Shown one piece after another: positions 38,101 through 50,100 of a stretch of DNA of 64,000 nt. The DNA is taken from contig OX638158.1 in the NCBI GenBank assembly GCA_951804945.1, positions 48,174,001-48,238,000 on the forward strand, given 5' to 3'. Position numbers and translations under genes: made by a program. Below the pieces are notes generated by a model that saw only the letters and a program-made list of their open reading frames with translations, did not search any database and was not told the origin of the DNA. The DNA is from Podarcis cretensis. Its lineage: Eukaryota. Every line of letters begins with the position of its first letter. Position 1 is the first letter of the stretch.

Positions 38101-41100
38101 GAAAACAAGGGAAAAAACATTCTGAATGAAACAGTGGATGTATCATTTTTGGGCTTCATGCTGTGGCCACAGACATGTGATCTGATGGTGAATTTGGGGT
38201 GACCCAATGCAAAAATCCTGAGAATTCCTGTGGATCCATGCTTTGTAACCACGTTTTTGCACCATTGCAGCCCCAGGCAACAGTGGGTGCGTGATTTTTT
38301 TGGTGCAGGCTGTAGCCATGGACATGCTATGTGATTTGATGGTGAATTTGGGGTGACCCAATGCAAAGATCCTGAGAATCCCTGTGGATCCATGCTTTGT
38401 AACCACATTTTTGCACTATTGCAGCCCCAGGCAACAGTGGGTGCGTGATTTTTTTGGTGCAGGCTGTAGCCATGGACATGCTATGTGATCTGATGGTGAA
38501 TTTGTGGTGACCCAGTGCAAAGATCCTGAGAATCCCTGTGGATCCATGCTTTGTAACCACATTTTTGCACCATTGCAGCCCCAGGCAACAGTGGGTGCGT
38601 GATTTTTTTGGTGCAGGCTGTAGCCATGGTCATGCTATGTGATCTGATGGTGAATTTGGGGTGACCCAATGCAAAGATCCTGAGGATCCATGTGGATCTA
38701 TGCTTTGTAACCACATTTTAAGTGGGGAGCGAAGGAAAAACAAATAAGGGACATGAGAGGGGTGTGCAGAGAAGCAGCTGGCTAAGAATGCAGGAGAGGG
38801 ATTTAACGGGAGGGAGGAAAGAAAGGCAAAAGTTTCCCCCCACCCAAGCCAGCCATCTCTCTCTCTCTCTCTCTCTCCCCCTCCCTCCCTCCCCCCTCTC
38901 TCTCCCTCCCCCCCCTCCCCCCCTCTCTCACTTCCCCCCTCTCTCTCCCTCTCCCCCAGCAGCACCCGAGCACAGAGAGGAATTCCCCTCTGCTTGCCTG
39001 GAGGGGAGGGGCTTTCCCTGCTCTTTGTTCCGTTTCAGCAAACACAGCAACGAAACAGAGGAGGGTGAGCAGTAAGACCCTGAGGCAGAATGCAGGAAAG
39101 CAGTCACTTCCTCTTTTCAGTTTTCCCTTCTCCGTGAAGTGCCGCGATTTGATTTTTGCCTGATTTTTCGGCTCCAGGGACCACACATTCACTCTATAAC
39201 ACGTACAGACATTTCCCCTTCCTTTTTAGGAGAAAAAATCTGTGTGTTATAGAGGGAACAATACGGTAGGTTATATGTCTGTAAAGGCTAAAACCCACTG
39301 AATTACTTGGCAAAAGCTGGCAGAAAGTCAAAAAAATGGATTGGACACTAAGGACCAATAGAGAATAGGGCGATTTCCTCTTGCAGTAAATTATACATTG
39401 TAGCCAAGATAATCGAAACTGAAAAACAAGAATACCAAACACACATAAATACAACTAGGATAAGACACAGTTGTGATATTACTGTTTTAAGATGCATGAT
39501 TTTCGTATTGTACCTTCCAAATAACTGTGTGCCACGTTGAGTGCTGAAGTAAAGTTCCATGAGCACCAATTGTAGAGAATAAGGTCTGCCCAGCACTCTT
39601 TCTCACAGCAGGCCGTGGATCTACACAGAGCTCCCCCAGTTTGGCATACAGACACAGCCAAAGGCAGTCAAAGGGTGGCGCTGGGTGAAAAGGACGGTTC
39701 AGTGCTATTCCTTTTTCTTCTGCTTGCTTCTGTAGCAATGCTTCCTCTTTGTTCAGATCTTTTTCAATAATTTCACCTCTTTGGAAGAAATAGTCTGAAA
39801 TGTTCCACTGCAAAAACAAAGAATGCATCTTCATAAATTATATTTACAGAGCACAGAGAAGGGTGGCAACCATCCTGTTGAACTAATTACCCTAAAAATT
39901 GTGCCAAGCTCCATGCTAGTACTAGTTTTGCTGGCTAGTTTTCACATTTTTATGCAGGAAGGTTTTGAGAAGTATTGCTGGAGTGCTAAATTGAGTTCCC
40001 TTTTAAATGGGTTTTTATAGTAGCTGGTTTTAAATACTACTTTAAACAGTGGGGTTGTCTTAATTCTTTGATGCTGCTTTGGGTTTCATTTAAAAAAAAT
40101 AAAGGAACAAGTGTAAATGAATGAATGAATGAATGAATGCATCCAGCAGCAAGGGGTTACAGCTAAGAACATATTCTGGTTGACCTGTGAATTATAATCC
40201 TGAACAAGCAATAAATAAAAGACTGGGCTACAATTTCAATCCTGCTGCACACTTAACGATAAACCATATTTTATTTGGGACAAAATAATACTCAAAGTAT
40301 GTCATGCTGATGCTCCTCTTACTCATTTCTGGCAAGAAGGTCTTAGAACAGTTGTGCTCATTATTAATTTATACAGGACAGAACCTGTTACTTGAAATAC
40401 TTTAGTTTTCCAAAGAAAAACTTAGCTTTCACCTCAATGGACTCAGCTTTTCCTACCGGGTGCCTGATTCTAACTAATAAGCACAATCCAGAGAAAGTAG
40501 AACTGGCTTAAATTACACCAAAAGTCAATGGAACTTGACACTTAACTCTCCCTTGAAAGCTGTGTCCAATCAGTTCAAAAAATCTCAACACCATAGAATA
40601 TGTTTTCTGGAACTTGCACACCAACTCCTTCTATTTTGTATCAATGAATCAGGAATTGTATTTCTCAATATCTGAAATATAAAAACCTGGCAGCTGCCGT
40701 TTGTTAAGGAGTTGTAGCTCTGACGGGGTAAACTACAATTCCCAGGATTCTTTTTTTTGGGGGGGGGAATGCACTTTAAATGTATGGTGTGTGTATGCAG
40801 TCCAAGTCTTAGAGAGCAGTCCTTTGCACATTTACTTAAAAGTCAATCTCTCTGTTAAATTAGGCGAAATAATGCTAAACATTAGAGTAAAGGTTCACAG
40901 CTAGGGATTAAACTAAACACTCACCAAGAGACCAATTGATGTTAAGCTAATGTTGAGTTCTTGATTGTGAAGCCCAAAGCTTCCAGCAACATCTACAACA
41001 ATCTGTAGGCAAGTACATGGCATCGTTGGCAAGAAGTCAGTCACAACCAACTGTAGGCACTGGAATGCAGTCCTTATTAGAGACTCTCTATTAACAAAGC

Positions 41101-44100
41101 AAAACAAAATTTTCTAGGTTTATCAAATGGTCATAAAATATCATAATACCAAACAGACGATTACGCAGTTGATAGATTCAACTAGATACGTGGTAGCTCT
41201 GCATCAGTCAAACTCTTTGTGCTTAGCTGCTTACTATACAGACCTGTCCATTTTTAACATGCTCAAGGAAGCCAATCCCCTCCACCAAATTATGGGACGT
41301 GGGTGGCACTGTGGTCTAAACCACTGAACCTCTTGGGTTTGCAGATGGGAAGGTCAACAGTTCGAATCCCCATGACAGGGTGAGCTCCCATTGCTCTGTC
41401 CCAGCTTCTGCCAACCTAGCAGTTCGAAAGCACACCAGTGCAAGTAGATAAATAAATACTGCTGTGGTGGGAAGGTAAACGGCATTTCTGTGTGCTCTGG
41501 CTTCCATCACGGTGTTCCGTTGTTCCAGAAGTGGTTTAGTCATGCTAGCCCCATGACCGGAAAGCTGTCTGTGGACAAACGCCAGCTCACTCAGCTTGAA
41601 GCAAGATGAGCGCCGCACTGGATAGTCATCTTTGATTGGCCTTAACGGTCCAGGGGTCCTTTACCTTTTACCACCAAGTTGTATGGAACTGGCAAGTCTA
41701 CACATTAATGGCTTGTCACATGTAATACCACCATTCTCTTCGACTTTCATATGACCATCATGCAATGTCTTGTATGTGTGGCATAGGTCATTCACTTTAC
41801 AGAAGCAAAAACAAACCGCAATGCACTAAATACATTTAAGGCTTATATTTGAGATTATTAGCTAAAAGGTTATAAAGTTTGGGTGAAAATAAGCAGCTTT
41901 TCTTTTCATATAAACACTAGGTGCAAAAAGATGAAGCTTAGAGGACATCAGAATATTTAATTTTTTTAGTAAATTGCTAGAGCGACAAAAAACTTGTTAC
42001 CCTAGGAATGAGGTTACTATATTTTGCACAATAATTTGGTGCAATAATTATATAAAAAAATAAGACTACGGACCAGTACCACAAAGTGACCTAAAAAACG
42101 GAAGCAGCAATGAAGATTAGCAAACGTTTGCATCTTGGCTTCAAGAAACTCACCCCTGATCACTTCTGATTGCTCCCATGACTCCAAGTACCAAGGGCCA
42201 CCCAGGCCCTAGACTGTCACCCTGGCTTTGCAAAATCTGTAGCACACATTCCAGTTGCTTGAGCCTAATATCAGGGTGATTGATGTTTGACAGTTCTTTC
42301 AGTGGATTTAGAAGCAGCAACTGAAGTCTCTAGAAATAAAAGGGAAGCAGAGACTGAACTTTAGTTACGAAAGCATCTTGAAGCTAAACAGCATCATACA
42401 CAGAAGTGACAAGCTCAGTGGGGAGGCAGGGACCTATTGAACACCAGTGGCAGCTGCGGAGGGTCAGAAAGCGAAACACTGAAATTCTACATCAGGTGGT
42501 CTCCAGCCTAAATCCAGCCTAGGCTGCCTCAACTCAAAAGATCCTGGCCAGCAGCTACTTTTCTTGCATATCATCGCTAGAAGTGTAGCTGCAGCCAGAT
42601 CTATGCCAAAAGGTTTAGAAGAGAGGAGAAAAGAGTGGGAAAATGTAATTGCCTAGTAGCCACCAGCTGTCTGTGTCTCCTGCTGCTTACTCATATACAG
42701 TGAAAAGTCCACACAAGATGCCTGGGTTATTGCCTCATCGTTACTCGACCTGATTCCCCTAATACCCCACAACCTCCATTCTGCAATAAAGCCTCCTGTT
42801 TATTGTAGTGCTGAATCTTGTAAAAAATAGTGAGCAGAACAAAGAAACAGAAACAGAAGCAACCCTACAACCTCCAGGTTGGGATACTGTTCTGGTATCT
42901 ACCTAGCTAGGTATGAAGCTGCTGTAACAAAATACTGGGGTTCCAGTTCTACACTGACTAACTTAGGAGTAAGCCCCTTAGGTCTGAATCAGCACACATA
43001 GAACAGCACTGCTATTTAGCCCAACAAGCAGCCACTTCTACTGGCTGGAAGATCAGCCTTGACTCCTACAAGTCAGCTATGTAGGATGGGAAATTCCAGA
43101 AGCACAGACATTCCAGCTATATATTCATTACGTAGCTAACAATGCACAGAACTGTGGAAAATAACTTCTGATTCTTATTGACAATTAATATAAATTACAC
43201 GGCGACTGCTTGCTATGGAGCATAATTTCCAGAATATTTTTTTATTTCCTGGAGCGTTATTTTACCTGGTTCTGAGAAAGTGAAGGATCATGGTTAAATG
43301 TCAGCCCAGCCTTGATGAGAGACGTTAAAGCTTCTGCTCCCCATTCCCTCATCCGTGAGTTTGGATGTTGGCAAACCTAAATATACAATATAGCTTTCTT
43401 TATTCAAGCCAGAATGCACATTAATAAACATTCAACATTAATAATAGGTTTTCAACCTATGCATTCTTTTAAAATACTGATAACCATAAGCTGATCTGGT
43501 ACATATATACAACAATTGCTGTGTTATTATATTAATAGTAATTTCTGCGGCCCTTTCAACATGCATGGTGCTTTGTCATTCTTATCTCATGTGGCTTCTG
43601 AAAATAGGAAATACAAGATACATATTTCTTATTTGACTAATAATTAATTCTAGGTTTAGATGTTTTGTATCTTAATAAATTCTCTATCCAATTCCAATGA
43701 TATATGTGATTGCAGATTTACCAACTGTGTAAGCTGGCCCTAAGCTACAAATGAGTCATTCTACATATATCAAAATCTCTCTTTGCAGCTCAGTCTTTTT
43801 CCTTATGAGGTTTTACAATATGATCTATTACCATCAAACAGCAAAATGAAAGGATTCACTCATTAGCACAAAGTCAAACAGTAAATAAGGTAGACAAACT
43901 TGCAAGAAAAACTTACCTTCTGCATAAAAAGAGGGAGGAAGCAGTAGGGAAGAAGTAAAAAAATATGAAACCAAGACAGCCAGCAATAATCTTTAATATA
44001 TCATCACTGAGCTTTACACCATAAACAGTTTTAATACAGAGATACGGTGTTTCCAAAGTGTGTCCTGTGTGATTGGAATGGTTCTGTAATATTGTAAAAT

Positions 44101-47100
44101 AGATGTTGAGAACTGATCTATTTCTCCAAGGGGAAAAAGCCTTATTGTTTGTCAAGCCTCTAAAACAAAACCACTTTTATGATGCCTATCAATCCTAAAA
44201 ATGTGAAAAAGTTCATTTGCTAATCCTGTGTGAAAAAGAGATATACACTGCATGTTAAAAAGAGATACTGCAGAAATTTCCCCAAATCCATACATACATT
44301 TCCCTCCTTGCTACAGAGCCACGGCTGGGTGGCGGCGGGGTGTGTGTGTGTCCCAGGAATGTGGGACTCCATGTCTCTTTATCTGGTCACCTGGGCTCTC
44401 CCCTAGGCCAGGCATTCACCCCAGGCCACATCTCTCCCTGGTTCTATTTCCACGCCCTCCTTCTGCTTGACTGACTGCTATGAAAATAAATCTTGCTGCC
44501 TGGATAGCAGCAGGAGTGTAGGTGTGGGGGTGTACGCACACACTCTACATCTGACTTTCGTGGGGCTGGAATGTAGTCTAGTGTATAAAGGTAAGAGTCA
44601 CATCCTTTGATCCACCCACTTTTGCCTCTGGCCCCGCCCTCCATGCATAGAGTTAAACCTCGGTTGTCGAACGTAATCCATTCTGGAAGACTGTTCGACG
44701 TCCGAAATGTCCGACAACTGAGGATTCAAAGGGTGGTCAGCAAAGTCAATGGAGAGAAAGGGGGGGGGGGCTGTAAGCTGTTTGGCTTCCAAAAAACATT
44801 CGAAAATAAGAGAATTTACTTCCAGGTTTTCGGCGTTCAGGAGCCGAAAAATTCAAAAACGGAGCCGTTCAGGAACCGAGGTTTGACTGTATGTGGTTCT
44901 CCAGAAAAACGCCCATGTGAGAATGCAGTCTTTGGGCTGAAAAACCCCATTGTGGAGAATCACCACCTGTCAGATCATCTCGGATTTATATTTTTTTCAC
45001 CCATTAGAATATAAAACCTTACATTCTATAAATTCCATAAAACACCCTTATTACTTATCAAGTTACAGAGATCTCTGTAATAAAAAAAGGAAAGCTCCAC
45101 GAATAAACTTAGAAGAAAGGATGTTGGTCAGTCCTATAGAACAGGGATGTCCAACAGGTTGATTGCGATTGCACTGCCAGTTTTTAATTCTGAAAGTAGA
45201 TCGCAGTCTCTTGAGAGTTGGCCTCCCCTGCTATGGAATTTAAATCCAAAACTGCATTTTCCAGTAGGATCCAGTTTGAAATTAAGATATGAGAATTTTG
45301 TGAGTTTTGAGACAAAACTTTTTCATTCAATTCAGTATAAATGGTAGCACAAGTCCTTCCATTGTAGCCAGTGAAACTCATTGTGTTTCTATTTTATATA
45401 TACATTTGTTATCTACAACCAAATTTTTATTGACAACTTAAAAAGACTACATTTTACACAGACTGCAAATGTCTATGCATTTTTCTGTTAAGGTAATCCT
45501 AGCATTTTAGCCAGCCATGTAATAACTAGAACAGACAACTACTTTATCCTAACTGTATAAAGAGCAATATTCCTATGTATCATCAGGATGCTTCTTTCAC
45601 TAATTTGCAATTATGAAATAGCTTCTGACAAGTGATTCCCATAAGTGTTTCTATAGGATGGGATTACACATATGTGCACTTAAATCCATATATGACAAAC
45701 CATTCACAAGCAGTTAAATAAGACTAATATTTGACTTATGAACAGACATGTGTATCATTTCTTCCCAGGTGATGACTATACTAGCACATGTGACTTATTT
45801 GAAATAACTATGGTATGCATGAGAACATTGCAACTATGTAATGGAGTTTATCATGTGGATCCTTTCCAACCTAATCACCATCCTACCAGGAGGTAAAGTA
45901 CTCAGGCACACACACAGCCTTGTACCAAAAGTCCTTAAGACAGCTCAATATTAGATATATCAGAGGAAGTCAACAACAAAGAGTCCTCTTTAATAGAGGT
46001 AAATGAATTCCGCCCCCCTGCTTCCAAGCTTCCAGCATTCTTTGCATGGACATTCTCTTTACAGTAAATGATATTATGGGAAACTCCTAAGCAGAATTGG
46101 TTACCAGGAAGAGTAGCTCCAGTCTCCATAGATGGCAAGGATACAATAAGAGGTGCCTTTTCATTTGAGATTATTAAAATCAGTTTGACAGCACCATCTC
46201 ACTTACCTAGAATTAAGTCCAACTGAACACACTGGTACTACATCTAAGTAAACATACACAGGATTGAACTGTAAGTATTACCGTATTTTTTGCCCTATAG
46301 GACGCACTTTTTCCCCTCCAAAAATGAAGGGGAAATGTGTGTGCGTCCTATGGGGCGAATGCAGGCTTTCGTGCACCGACCCCTCTCGCTCTCCAGGCTT
46401 CAGGAGAGCCCCACCGCCAGCCCCACAAGCTCAGGGGACAGCGGGGAGGAGGAACGCCACCATCCCGCTGTCCCCCGACCTGGTTTGGAGGCTGGCGGCG
46501 GGGAGAAGCCTGCTCCTCCCCGCCGCCAGCCTTCAAACCAGGTCGGGGGACAGCGGGATGGCGCGCTGCGCCTCTCCTGCTGTTCCCTGAGCCTGCTTCT
46601 CCCAACCGCCAGCCCCACAAGCTCGGGGGACAGCTTCCCGCCCCAGCCCCATGGCGGGGGGGGGGGGGGGGGAATAAATTTTTTTCTTTATTTCTCCCCC
46701 CAAAAAACTAGGTGCGTCCTATGGGCCGGTGCGCCTTATAGGGCGAAAAATACGGTATGTTCCTCCGTCTACATTTTGTAATATTTTCTAAGATACTACA
46801 CCTTTATTTCTGCCTTTGCAGATGTATGCCTTTAAGTATGATATGTCAACTTGCCTGGGCTCTGCTTTTCAACATCATCAAAACAGCTTGATTTAATAAG
46901 AAGTTATAGAACCCACACTTAAATAGTGTTGAGGGGAAAACAATGCAAATTCTATAAGAAACAAAAAATAATCTAGAAACAGAATAGAAAATAAGATGAA
47001 ATTAAAAACCAATGTATTGGCTTTAAAAAAAAAAAAACCCTTACGTTTTTAAGTTTTAATACCACAGAGGAAAAATACAAAGGTTCACCTAATGGTTATA

Positions 47101-50100
47101 AAAATATTGTTTACCTCTAGGAGATGGCCAGTCAGTGGTCTCCATAAAATTTCAATCCTATGCATGTTAACTAGTCCTGTTTCGAGCAACTTAGCAACAG
47201 CAAACAGTGATGGCTCCTAAGCATAAACAGAATTCAAAACAGTCACTTGACTTAACAACCTATTGCATTATATTTTTCCATTTAAAGTATTTATACTCTG
47301 CATTTCTACTTCCTTAAAACAGCTTATTTTCTGAGTTAGTTCCTAATGCTAATCTTTCTATTTGCTGGGTCAGCACATTTTAATATTTAAACTTTAAATA
47401 AACAATTGCATTAGTGTACCTTCCTGTGAAGCTCACATATCATGTTGTTATAATGCCCTAAATTCAGTAGTAGAATCATTAGCACAATTCATTCTATATG
47501 ATGCTGACTTAACAAATAATATATTGCACTGCAAGAAATTTAAAAACCAAAGCTAGGAGTTAGTTAATTTATAAAGCATGTCTGAAAAGCAGAATAAAAT
47601 ATACCATACCTTATTATTTCCATAGGCCATGTCCATCGCTTCCAGCGACAAGGAGCAAAGTGCATTTATTAAATGATGTAATGAAACATCATCTAGGTAC
47701 CTGTGGGAAGGATCAATTATTAGAACTATTGCCAAAAGGGATTAGAAACAAACATTGTGATCTAAAAGTCAGTTTTCTTACTGTGAGCTTTCAAATAGCC
47801 TGGAAAGTATGTTGGAGATCACTGGTAAGTCAGTCATAACAGCTGTAGTTAGAACCTGAAAGGATACAATTAAATTATGTAAGCAAATGCATAACATAAA
47901 AATACAATGTGATTTATTCTGCTACACAGTAAAGAAATTCTTACGGTGCTGGGTCCTTCCACAGCTCTTCCAGGCTTCAAAGCACCTCCAACGCCAGGCT
48001 TTAAACCAAGAATCCATACAAGATGCTGAAATGAAAAACACATTTTTAAACTTAAGTGCTTGCATAAAGGTCCACGTTAAACATTAAATAAGTTTAAAAC
48101 AATCTATGGTTTTATGTGAATGAGCAGAATGTGCTGCACACTTCACTACATTTCTGCAGTGCTTCTCTTTTGCATTTTGCCATGCTGCACATGAAACAAG
48201 CCAAAGTTTGACTTGTTGTATTGTCCAAACTCAGGCTTGTGCTTTGTTTGAAAAGAAACAAACCACAATTCCAGGTCTGGGAACGTAAGAGGAGCATGCA
48301 CCAACACACTTCTCATTTACATTAAACAATTGTTTTTTTGTTTTAAACTATGGGTTAGTGTGACATTCAAACTAGGCCATAAAAAATACTTTTCAAGGTT
48401 TGCACTTCTGTGACCAAGGACAGATCCACATCATACATTTCAAGCATATCCTATACACATTTAAAGCACATTACTCCCCCCAAGGAATCCTGAGGGATAA
48501 AGTTTGTTAAGGGTGCTGGCAATTGTAGCTCTGTGAGGATGAGAGTACAGTTCTCAGGATTCTTTGGTGGAAGTCGTGTGCTTTAAATGTGTGTGGGGTG
48601 TGCTTTAAATGTCTGGTGTGGATCTGCCCAAAGTGTATTACATGCTAATATTTCAACTTTAAAAATTCTGCTTGAATCCTCCAGCTGTTCTGTGGATGGT
48701 TTTTTTCCAGCTCGACTACGGTACTTGGCTACCTTCATTACAGTTGTGGGTACATTTCAGTTAGTCACAGAAAGGTAAGGGAAGCAAAAAGCTCATTAGC
48801 TGCCCTGCTGACCATGTTCATGTAAAGCTACAAAAATCGCCATGCTTTAATTACAAAAGGTTTGAAAAACACAATTGTGTGGGGCTGACTTGCTTCATGG
48901 AAAGAGTTTCACTCAAAGAGAATATCCACCCAAGAAGTTAAAACAAAATGCAAGTCAAGAAAGGTAAATCAAGCATTAACCATTACTCACCTGGAGTGTA
49001 GCTAACACAAGTTGCCAGGATGTACCAAGGACAGCTCCATGACAATGAGCCAAGCTAAGTAATGTCCTCATGCACTGTATATTCTTAGAAGTAAGCTAGG
49101 AGAGCATTTAAACAGTTAGAATTTTCGAAGTAGAGAAAATAATAGCATTTGTGAAAAAAATGGTAATAGCAAACACAATGATGGAAACCCTGCAATCCGT
49201 TCTTTTATTTTCCCCCTCTATCTAGACCTACATGTATGTGATGAATTTACATTGGAGTTAAATTACAGCAGCTAAATGACACTGGAAGAACCTAGCCATT
49301 TTAATTCATTCAAACCTCTTAATCCTTCTATTTCAACAAGCAAATCATTATGATAGCCAGTTTGTCCTGCTATTTTCTACTCGTCAAGTGAAAATGGGGC
49401 AGAAAAAGAAGATCCTCCTTTCCAACGGGAAACATGCAGTTCAGGATACAAAAGAATGTGTTGAAGTAAAACCTGCATATACTCAGTGAAATTCTTGGCA
49501 TCCTTTATTTATTTATTTATTTGAGGTTTTACTTCAAGTTTTAAAATTTACTAGACAGGTGACTGATATTGTGAAACAGAAACAGCTATTGTTTGAAGAA
49601 AAAAAATTTGCACAGCCTTTCCTCAGCATGGTCCCACTGACTTCAATGGATGCAGAACTCTGGGTTATAAGCAAACATTTGCCACTCAATATACACAGAG
49701 AATGCAAATTGTACACTGCATTTGTTGCCCTGTTATTGTGAATTTTAGTACAAGGCTGGTCTTTTGAAACTTTGAGTCTGTTGAAAAGAGCTTTTATTCT
49801 GGCTGACAGATTCATCTACGTACACAGGATATCAAAGAAAAATATTGTTAACTTTAAGGAATTATTTCTAGAAATCTGAAACATCCTTACAGTGCAGAAA
49901 TCATGTTTATATTTGCAACTAGTAAATTAAAACAACCTCAATCTTAACCTAGCACCACAAATTCACTGTGTATCTCCTATAAGCTCATGCATGTTTTACT
50001 ATATCTACCTGTATTATCCCATTAATAGTAGAACATGGTCTTTCAAGATTTTAGGAATGAAACAGCAATCTCCTTCTCAATTTGGTCATATTGAGAGTAG

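Noticed and set aside
38175-38719. Regularly spaced repeats as a CRISPR-like array or repeat protein
   Set aside because: Units are head-to-tail with no unique spacers, lie inside a eukaryotic DNA transposon, and the 154-bp period is not a multiple of 3.
46264-46781. Five overlapping ORFs of 72-163 aa
   Set aside because: All lie within the GC-rich palindromic Tc2 MITE; no transposase motifs.
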